Source: Thiobacillus sp. UBA6918 (lineage in GTDB: Bacteria > Pseudomonadota > Gammaproteobacteria > Burkholderiales > Thiobacillaceae). Taken from it: 37,958 nt of DNA. Both the position numbers and the translations under genes were made by a program. Position 1 is the stretch's first letter. Each line of letters opens with the position of its first letter. The stretch covers positions 6,677 through 44,634 of the forward strand of contig DKAU01000041.1 in NCBI GenBank assembly GCA_002450925.1. The letters run 5' to 3'. Shown here one piece after another: positions 29,643-37,958 of the stretch. The notes below the pieces were generated by a model that saw only the letters and a list, made by a program, of their open reading frames with translations, did no database searches and was not told the origin of the DNA.

Positions 29643-29718
29643 GGAAGGCTGTTATTGGCCAGAAGCGGACATTAGCTTCTGATACCTGACCGACCGATAT
29701 GGGTCGATAGCAGCCGTC

Positions 29719-30171
29719 TCAGCGCCTGGCATGTTTCGCCAAAAGTTTGTCGAGCAGGTTGGCGAAGGTCTGCCTGTCTGCGGCTGAGAAAGCAGATGGC
29801 CCCCCAGTTTCAACGCCACTGCCTCGAAGGTCTTCCATGAAATTGCGCATGGTTAGCCGCGCCTGGATGTTGCTCGCATCAAGCAGTTCGCCACGCGGGT
29901 CGAGCACGATGGCACCTTTGGCTACGACTTGAGCGGCGAGCGGCACATCGGCGGTGATAACCAGATCGCCTGTTTCCGCTTCTTGAGCGATGCGTTGGTC
30001 AGCGACATCGAAACCCGACGGTACCTGCAGGGCACGTATCCAGGGGGAAGGCGGAACTCGCAGCAGTTTGTTGGCAATCAGCGTGAGCGGAAGCTGTGCA
30101 CGGATTGCGGCTCGGTAGAGTATTTCCTTGATGACCGCAGGGCAGGCGTCAGCATCGACCAGGATTTTCAT
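29719..30171 (-). CDS. yaiI: YaiI/YqxD (UPF0178/DUF188) family protein
   Basis: [33 protein letters not shown] and GGP..F...D...FAN.LD. Confidence 0.92.
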   Translation of the reverse strand: MKILVDADACPAVIKEILYRAAIRAQLPLTLIANKLLRVPPSPWIRALQVPSGFDVADQRIAQEAETGDLVITADVPLAAQVVAKGAIVLDPRGELLDASNIQARLTMRNFMEDLRGSGVETGGPSAFSAADRQTFANLLDKLLAKHARR

Positions 30172-30231
30172 GACAAGGACTTTTCTGTGGGGGCTCTACA
30201 ATAGCATTTCAATGCACCACCCGTTTTCCGT

Positions 30232-30639
30232 ATGCGTCACCATTTTTCTATCCAGCCACACGAAGTTGAAATCACCGCGATCCGTGCACAGGGGGCGGGC
30301 GGTCAAAACGTCAACAAGGTTGCCAATGCGGTGCATCTGCGTTTCGATATTGCTGCGTCATCCTTGCCGGAAACTATCAGGGAGCGCCTGTTGGCGCTTG
30401 GTGACCAGCGCATCAGCAAGGATGGCGTGATTGTCATCAAGGCTCAGGAATTCCGCAGCCTTGAGAAAAATCGGGTCGAGGCACTGCGTCGGCTGCAAGA
30501 GCTTGTCGAGAGCGTTGCCGTAATGCCAAAGAAGCGTTGGCCTACCAAGCCTACCAAATCATCTGTTGCAAAGCGCCTGGAAGGCAAGGCGCGTCGCGCG
30601 TCAGTGAAGATGGGGCGGGGAAAGATCGACGAAATTTAA
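30232..30639 (+). CDS. arfB: Alternative ribosome rescue peptidyl-tRNA hydrolase ArfB (YaeJ)
   Basis: AIRAQGAGGQNVNKV (GGQ motif) and a basic C-terminal tail PTKPTKSS..KRLEGK. Confidence 0.93.
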   Translation: MRHHFSIQPHEVEITAIRAQGAGGQNVNKVANAVHLRFDIAASSLPETIRERLLALGDQRISKDGVIVIKAQEFRSLEKNRVEALRRLQELVESVAVMPKKRWPTKPTKSSVAKRLEGKARRASVKMGRGKIDEI

Positions 30640-30653
30640 AAAACGGCAGTAAA

Positions 30654-32021
30654 TCAGGCTGCCACCTTGGGCAGATTGGCCAAGGCGGCCTGGATGGCTT
30701 CAGTGGGATATTCGAAGTCCTCCAGTTCGCCGGCGAAATACTTGTCATAGGAGGCCATGTCGAAGTGGCCGTGCCCAGACAGGTTGAACAGCAATGTCTT
30801 AGGTTCCCCAGTAGCCTTGCAGCGCAAGGCTTCGTCTATACAGGCGCGTACAGCGTGACACGATTCTGGCGCGGGAATGATGCCTTCCGCACGTGCGAAC
30901 GTAACACCCGCTTCAAAGGTGGCGATTTGCGGTACCGCCAGTGCCTCGATAAGTTTTTCGTGGAAAAGTTGTGATACCAGTGGCGAGTCTCCATGGTAGC
31001 GAAGGCCGCCTGCATGGATTCCTGGCGGCATGAAGTCATGGCCAAGGGTGTACATTTGCATCAGTGGCGTGTAGCCCGAGGCGTCGCCAAAGTCGTAGGC
31101 GTAAACGCCTTTGGTCAGGGTTGGGCAGGATGCAGGTTCTACGGCTACGCACCTTAGATTCTGGGCACGCTTTACACCAGCCGCCTTGTCTGCCAGAAAG
31201 GGGAAAGCGATTCCGGAGAAATTGCTGCCACCTCCACAGGGCGCAAATATCATGTCCGGATAGTCACCCACTTTTTCGAACTGCTTCTTGGCTTCTTGGC
31301 CAATTACGGTTTGATGCAACAGAACGTGGTTGAGGACTGAGCCCAGGGCGTAGTTGGTGTCTTTGCGTGAGGCTGCTTCTTCCACCGCCTCGGAGATGGC
31401 TATGCCAAGACTGCCGGGGTTGTCCGGGTCGAGTTCCAGGATCTTGCGACCGGCATTGGTCATGTTGGTGGGGCTGGCGAAGACTTCCGCGCCCCAGGTT
31501 TGCATCATGGAGCGGCGGAAGGGCTTTTGATAGTAAGAGACTTTTACCATGTACACGCGGACTTCAAGGCCAAACAGTTGCCCCGCCAGTGCGAGCGAAG
31601 AGCCCCATTGGCCGGCGCCTGTTTCTGTGGTCAGCCGGGTAATGCCCGCCTGTTTGTTGAAATAGGCCTGTGGGATGGCAGAGTTGGGCTTGTGTGAGCC
31701 GGCTGGCGAGACGCCTTCGTATTTGAAGTAGATCTTGGCAGGCGTACCCAACGCCTTCTCAAGGCGAAGCGCGCGTACCAGGGGAGAGGGACGCCACAGT
31801 CTGTAGACGTCGCGCACTTCTTCCGGAATGGGAATCCAGCGTTCGGCAGACATTTCTTGTTCGAGGATGTTGCCGGGGAAGATGGTCAGCATCTGTTCGG
31901 GAGTAACAGGTTTTCCATCCGGCCCGAGAGGTGGCGCAGGCGGGTTCGGCATGTCTGCAACAACGTTGTACCAATGGGTGGGGATGTCTTTTTCTTCAAG
32001 AAGAATCTTGGTTTCCGACAT
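30654..32021 (-). CDS. trpB2: TrpB2-type PLP enzyme (tryptophan synthase beta-like)
   Basis: [19 protein letters not shown] (PLP Lys), [33 protein letters not shown] and LSGHG. Confidence 0.93.
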   Translation of the reverse strand: MSETKILLEEKDIPTHWYNVVADMPNPPAPPLGPDGKPVTPEQMLTIFPGNILEQEMSAERWIPIPEEVRDVYRLWRPSPLVRALRLEKALGTPAKIYFKYEGVSPAGSHKPNSAIPQAYFNKQAGITRLTTETGAGQWGSSLALAGQLFGLEVRVYMVKVSYYQKPFRRSMMQTWGAEVFASPTNMTNAGRKILELDPDNPGSLGIAISEAVEEAASRKDTNYALGSVLNHVLLHQTVIGQEAKKQFEKVGDYPDMIFAPCGGGSNFSGIAFPFLADKAAGVKRAQNLRCVAVEPASCPTLTKGVYAYDFGDASGYTPLMQMYTLGHDFMPPGIHAGGLRYHGDSPLVSQLFHEKLIEALAVPQIATFEAGVTFARAEGIIPAPESCHAVRACIDEALRCKATGEPKTLLFNLSGHGHFDMASYDKYFAGELEDFEYPTEAIQAALANLPKVAA

Positions 32022-32108
32022 GATTGTCTCCTCTGGTTTGAGTTGTTCTGCTGGTGTTTTGAATCCTACTCCCGGTTGTTTCCTGTTGCACAGGTTGGGT
32101 GACCGCCC

Positions 32109-32572
32109 TCAAGGCTTGCTGGAGACACTTGACGCTTCCCGAACTGCTTCTGTTATTGCCTTTACAAGTTGAATGATGTTGTCTGGTGAGGGTGATTCGC
32201 TGCCAATTTCCAGGCCAACAAATTTCAGGTGAGCGGGGAGTTCCCCCATCTTTTCGGCCAGAGCCAGTGTCTCGGCCAGGCCAAACCCGTGGCTGGATGT
32301 GTGGTGCGCAACAAGTCCATCAAGCGCGTGCCCTTCCAGATTGTGCAAAGTGCCGGGTGATGCGCCACTCTTTACTGCATCGACGAGGATTACCGTATCG
32401 GCACCGCGCATGTGTTCGATGAGGCGGGGGCCTGGTCGGTCCAGTGCCAGTACTTCTACCTGATCCGGATTGAAATGGCCGATCAGGGTGTGTCCGATGA
32501 GAAAGCCAAGGTTGTCTGGCTCTTGTGGGGAGCCGATGCACAGGACTCGAACGGGAGGATGGATGTGAGCAT

Positions 32573-32576
<4 letters not shown>
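32109..32576 (-). CDS. Hydrogenase maturation protease (HoxW/HycI-like) for the group 3b enzyme
   Basis: VLCIGSP...D.LG, ILVDAV.SG..PG and SSHGFGLAE.L.LA. Overlaps the large-subunit stop. Confidence 0.85.
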
Positions 32577-33860
<1,284 letters not shown>

Positions 33861-33868
<8 letters not shown>

Positions 33869-34652
33869 CTTCCTGCTCCAGATATCCATGGCCGGTATCC
33901 GAGAATGGCTGCGTGGCCGAGGTGATGAACAGAAAGCGTCTCGATATGTCTTTCGCGCTCAATCCCATGTGTTCAAACTGCTTTGCCAGCGAGGCTGTGT
34001 TCGCCTGCTCCGCAGGTCCAAAGCAGCCATAACAGGCGCGGCCAAATGCCGGGCAAAGTGCCCCGCAGCCAGTACGCGTGACCGGCCCCATGCATGGCTC
34101 TTTCTTTGAAACCAGAACGCAGACATGGCCACTGCGTTTGCATTCGGAGCAAACCGGTTCGCTGGAGTTGACCGGAGTAATGCCATTGAGCAGATCGCCC
34201 AAGGCATCCAGAACTTGTTTGCCAGTTACCGGGCAGCCCCAGAGCTCCAGGTCCACCTTGACGTGTGCCGAGATCGGGCGTGATTCAGGCAGGCTCTGGA
34301 TATATTCCGGGCTGGCGTAAACATCTCCCACCCAATCGGCAAATTGTTTTACCCCATTGCGCAAGGCCTGCAGCCCGCCAGCCGTAGCGCAGGCGCCGAT
34401 GGTGACAAGTGTGTTTGCGGATTCACGCACGGCCTTGATTCTTTCGAGATCCTTCGGCGTAGAGATGCTGCCTTCGACAAAAGCAATGTCGACTTTTGCC
34501 AGGGGGTTTTCCCAGCCAGCTTCGGAGAAGTGAATGATCTCGGCGCGCCGTGAAAGTGTCAGCAAGGCTTCGCCAGCGTTAAGGAATGCAAGCTGGCAAC
34601 CGTCGCAGGAGGAGAACTTGTGCACAGCAAGACGGGGAAGCGTATTTTTCAC
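33861..34652 (-). CDS. hydD: Group 3b hydrogenase delta (small Fe-S) subunit
   Basis: GTG start, SSCDGCQ, EGSI, GACATAGG, GCP, CSEC, CMGPVT..GC...CP and CYGCFG. No Tat signal. Confidence 0.92.
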
Positions 34653-35482
34653 AGACCGCCCCTTTCCAGCAGAAATTTGACTTCAGGGTAGGCAAAAACC
34701 GGCCCATCCTTGCACAGGAACTTGTCACCCAACTGGCAATGGCCGCACAGTCCCAATCCACATTGCATGTTGCGCTCGAGGCTGACATGGATGTCGGCTT
34801 CCGGGAGTCCGCGCTCAGTCAGGGATTTGGCTGCAGCCACGATCATGCCTTCGGGCCCGCAGATCATGGATACGGCATTGGCCGAATCAAAATCGGCCTG
34901 TTGGACCAGATCAATCGGTGTACCTATATGCCAGGGCCAGATAGCCTCGGTGGCATTGGCTGCAATCAGTACCTGTGTGTCTGGCGCCTGTGCCCAGCGT
35001 TCATAGGAAGCGCGCCAGATCAGGTCATGGCTATGCTTGACGCCCTGAAGAATGACAAGGCGCCGGAATCGTTCGCGGCGTTTCAATACATAGTGGATCA
35101 CCGCCACCACCGGCGCGCAGCCCAGGCCGCCAGTGACGATGATGACATCCTTGCCTTCGGCCGATTCCAGCGGCCAGCCCTGGCCATAGGGACCTCGAAT
35201 GCCGATTTCATCGCCAATGCCCAGCTTGTCGATGCCCTTGGTGACACGTCCGGCCACGCGGATGGTGTGGAAAAAGGAATCCTTTTGATCCGGGTCTGAG
35301 GACAAAGAAATGGGGACTTCGCCAGCGCCCGGCAAGTAGACCATGTTGAACTGCCCCGGTTTGAATTCATAAGCAGACTGGATTGACGGGTCGTTGAAAC
35401 GCAGCCGCAAAGTGAAGATGTCGTCCGATTCCTGGACGCGATCGATAATCCTGGCGAGATGGGGCGGGTGCGGATTGATCAT
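34649..35482 (-). CDS. hydG: Group 3b hydrogenase gamma subunit (FAD/NAD(P)-binding, [2Fe-2S])
   Basis: PGQFNM, GEVPIS, RGPYG, GGLG.AP, ICGPE and [14 protein letters not shown]...C.DGPVF. ATG 35482 overlaps the beta-subunit stop. Confidence 0.92.
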   Translation of the reverse strand: MINPHPPHLARIIDRVQESDDIFTLRLRFNDPSIQSAYEFKPGQFNMVYLPGAGEVPISLSSDPDQKDSFFHTIRVAGRVTKGIDKLGIGDEIGIRGPYGQGWPLESAEGKDVIIVTGGLGCAPVVAVIHYVLKRRERFRRLVILQGVKHSHDLIWRASYERWAQAPDTQVLIAANATEAIWPWHIGTPIDLVQQADFDSANAVSMICGPEGMIVAAAKSLTERGLPEADIHVSLERNMQCGLGLCGHCQLGDKFLCKDGPVFAYPEVKFLLERGGL

Positions 35483-36570
35483 TTCAACAAGGCTGCCGCT
35501 TCCTCGGTGATGTCGATGCCAACAGGGCAACAGGCAATGCAGCGTCCGCACCCCACGCAGCCTGATCTGCCGAACTGGTCGTGCCAGGTGGCAAGCTTGT
35601 GGGTAAGCCACTGGCGGTATCGCTGTTTGATTTCAGGGCGCAGCTGCTTGCCGTGGATATAGCCATGACGTTCGCCGAAACAGGAATCCCATTCGCGGCT
35701 ATGCAAGCTGTGATTGCCGCCCAGACTGGCTTCTTCTATTTCGGCATGGCAAAAACAGGTGGGGCACACGGCAGTGCAATTGCCACAGGCCAAGCAGCGT
35801 TCGGCAACTTCGTCCCAGTGCGGGTGATCGAGCCGGGACATGAGCACATCGCGCAAATTGTCAGAAACCAGCGATCTTCGCTGACTCGAGGCGGCATTGC
35901 GAAGATTGTCTGCTGCAGTTTCCATCTGGGTAGATAAGGCTTCTTTCAATGCCAGCCTGGCCAATATCTGTTCGCCCTCCGGGCTGCCTGTTTCCACCAC
36001 AAACCCGTTATCGTCTTCTGTGAGTGCGATATCGAAACTTTCCTTTGCTCCCGGCCCGTCACCTGTGGAAGCACAAAAGCAAGTCGCTGCAGGGTGAGTG
36101 CAATTGACTGCAATTACCAGCAAGCCTTCTCGGCGTGCGCCATAGTGTGAGTCGGGGTATTGTCCTTCGAGAAAATGCTGGTCCTGTATTCGAAGGGCGG
36201 ACAAATCACAGGGACGGAGCCCAATTACCGCCAGGCGCCTGGTCTCGGGGTTGATGGCATCGACCACATAACCGTTTTTTCCATGCCGTATCTGCCAAAG
36301 CGGTTCTCGTGGCGCAAAAAGCAGGGGTTTCATTGCCTGTGGTCCATTGGCCCAGGCAAAACACCTGTTTTTCGGACCATCAACAAGCTGGCTGGCGCCA
36401 GCGTCCTGAATGAGCCCAATTCCCCAAGGTAATTCAGCCGTATTGCGGATTTCCCCAAAATCGATGCGGTTTTCCTTCGCCTGGGGCCCCACGATGGCGT
36501 AGCCGTCCTCAGTCAAGGCCTCAAACAACTGTTGCAGGGAGGAATGGGGCAGGTAATGGGGGATAGGCAT
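35479..36570 (-). CDS. hydB: Group 3b hydrogenase beta subunit (AsrA-like Fe-S protein)
   Basis: [36 protein letters not shown] and [17 protein letters not shown]. Confidence 0.92.
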   Translation of the reverse strand: MPIPHYLPHSSLQQLFEALTEDGYAIVGPQAKENRIDFGEIRNTAELPWGIGLIQDAGASQLVDGPKNRCFAWANGPQAMKPLLFAPREPLWQIRHGKNGYVVDAINPETRRLAVIGLRPCDLSALRIQDQHFLEGQYPDSHYGARREGLLVIAVNCTHPAATCFCASTGDGPGAKESFDIALTEDDNGFVVETGSPEGEQILARLALKEALSTQMETAADNLRNAASSQRRSLVSDNLRDVLMSRLDHPHWDEVAERCLACGNCTAVCPTCFCHAEIEEASLGGNHSLHSREWDSCFGERHGYIHGKQLRPEIKQRYRQWLTHKLATWHDQFGRSGCVGCGRCIACCPVGIDITEEAAALLK

Positions 36571-36608
36571 AACTTATGTCAACTATAGCAGTGCTTTGTT
36601 AACTGGTT

Positions 36609-36636
36609 TTTACTGGGGCCTTATTCACGGTAAAAT
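36609..36636 (+). promoter_or_regulatory. Candidate sigma70 promoter for tig (TTTACT-N16-TAAAAT)
   Basis: Near-consensus -10 TAAAAT about 90 bp upstream of the tig ATG. The -35 is imperfect. Confidence 0.35.
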
Positions 36637-36727
36637 CGGCAGGTTGGCTGTATTGCCTGAGCGGGTTTTCTCGAATCGGGCAATTAGGCATGCAATTTCG
36701 CTATTTTTCTGTTTTAGAGAGTGTCAA

Positions 36728-37958
36728 ATGTCCAATCTTGAAGTTCTCGACGGTCTTGAGCGTCGTATCGAACTGGCCGTTCCGATGGCTGCTGTCGAAA
36801 TCGAAGTACAGGCCCGCCTGAAGCGCCTGGCCAAAAATGTGAAGGCGCCCGGGTTCCGACCCGGAAAAGTGCCCATGAGCCATGTCGACAAACTGCATGG
36901 CCCGGGGGTGCGCCAGGAAGTGCTGGGAGAGTCGCTGCAAAAGAGCTTCTATGAAGCGGTCCACGATCAGCAGTTGAAAGTTGCGGGCATGCCCCGTTTT
37001 GAGCCAAAGGCAGGCCCGGAAGATGGATCGGAAATCCGTTTTTCCGCCACTTTCGAGGTATATCCAGAGGTAAAAATCGGGGCGCTTTCCAGTGCGACGC
37101 TCAAACAGCCCGTCACTACTGTTGAAGACGCCAATGTTGACGCCACCCTGGAAATCCTGCGCAAGCAGCGCCGTGACTTTGCCAAGGTGGAACGGGCCAG
37201 CCAGCAAGACGACCTGGTCAAGTTCGATTTCAAGGGAACACTGGACGGTGAGACCTTCCAGGGAGGCGAGGCCAATGATTTTGTTACGGTAGTTGGCGAA
37301 GGTCGGATGCTGAAGGATTTTGAGGACAATCTGGTCGGCCTTTCAGCGGGAGAAACCCGTGGTTTTGACATGGTTTTTCCGGCCGACTATTCGGCAGCAC
37401 ATCTTGCCGGCAAAAATGTCCACTTCGATGTGAACATGAAAGAGGTTTCTGAGCCCAAGCTGCCTGATGTCGATGCAGAGTTTGCAAAATCCCTCGGAAT
37501 TGCTGATGGTGATGTCGCCAAGCTGCGCGAGGAGGTAAAGGGCAACCTGGAGCGTGAGGTCAAGCGCCGTGTTCAGGCCCGGGTCAAGGAAGCGGTGATG
37601 GACATCCTTCAGGCCAACGCTGAAGTGGCGCTTCCACAGTCTCTGATCAACATGGAAGTGGAGCGGCTCCGCAACCAGATGGTTTCTGATATCAGATCCC
37701 GTGGCGGGCAGGTAAAGGAAGACATGATTTCTGCCGATATGTTCAAGGAACAGGCTGAACGCCGGGTTCGCCTTGGCCTGATTATTGCTGAGATTGTCGA
37801 GGCAAATAATCTGACAGCGAAACCGGAACAAGTCCGTGCGCTGGTAGACGACTATGCGCAGGGTTATGAGGATCCGCAGGAGGTTGTGCAGTGGTATTAC
37901 CAGGACCCTCAACGCCTTCAGCAACTTGAGTCCCTGGCATTGGAAGACAATGTGGTAG
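36728..37958 (+). CDS. tig: Trigger factor, truncated by the window end
   Basis: Hand translation from ATG 36728 gives MSNLEVLDGLERRIELAV...PGFRPGKVP, an FKBP domain (DFKGTLDGETFQGG, FPADY) and QAERRVRLGLI. The frame is open to the last base, so it is absent from the ORF track. Confidence 0.96.
   Translation, partial: MSNLEVLDGLERRIELAVPMAAVEIEVQARLKRLAKNVKAPGFRPGKVPMSHVDKLHGPGVRQEVLGESLQKSFYEAVHDQQLKVAGMPRFEPKAGPEDGSEIRFSATFEVYPEVKIGALSSATLKQPVTTVEDANVDATLEILRKQRRDFAKVERASQQDDLVKFDFKGTLDGETFQGGEANDFVTVVGEGRMLKDFEDNLVGLSAGETRGFDMVFPADYSAAHLAGKNVHFDVNMKEVSEPKLPDVDAEFAKSLGIADGDVAKLREEVKGNLEREVKRRVQARVKEAVMDILQANAEVALPQSLINMEVERLRNQMVSDIRSRGGQVKEDMISADMFKEQAERRVRLGLIIAEIVEANNLTAKPEQVRALVDDYAQGYEDPQEVVQWYYQDPQRLQQLESLALEDNVV

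Noticed and set aside
34649-36570. Anaerobic sulfite reductase asrAB
   Set aside because: No AsrC is present. The genes are coupled to [NiFe] small and large subunits, so they are group 3b beta and gamma.
36571-36727. attR direct repeat of the tRNA 3' end, or an integrase remnant
   Set aside because: No match was visible by eye, so the block is not called an active mobile element.

Overview
Chromosomal window, probably from a betaproteobacterial chemolithotroph (Thiobacillus/Sulfuricella-like gene content; this is inference, not an identification). Housekeeping flanks are cysM-radA, an SDR plus hpnCDE and tRNA-Leu(TAG) on the left, and tig on the right (truncated, missed by the ORF track). 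Between tRNA-Leu and tig lies a ~31 kb hydrogen/energy block. It contains a degenerate GGDEF protein, a secreted hypothetical protein, a divergent RcnR/DmeR-type repressor with a DmeF Co/Ni exporter, and hypCABDFE. It also holds an Isp-type (group 1e) membrane-bound [NiFe]-hydrogenase (protease-hupH-like-hynS-isp1-isp2-hynL) that runs without a real intergenic gap, through a 67-aa His-rich membrane peptide, into a complete nine-gene A/V-type ATP synthase. The block ends with yaiI, arfB, trpB2 and a group 3b (sulfhydrogenase-type) hydrogenase operon with its own protease. The main highlight is the apparent hydrogenase + A/V-ATPase super-operon. No integrase, transposase or CRISPR array was seen. 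All calls come from motif recognition by eye, with no database searches.
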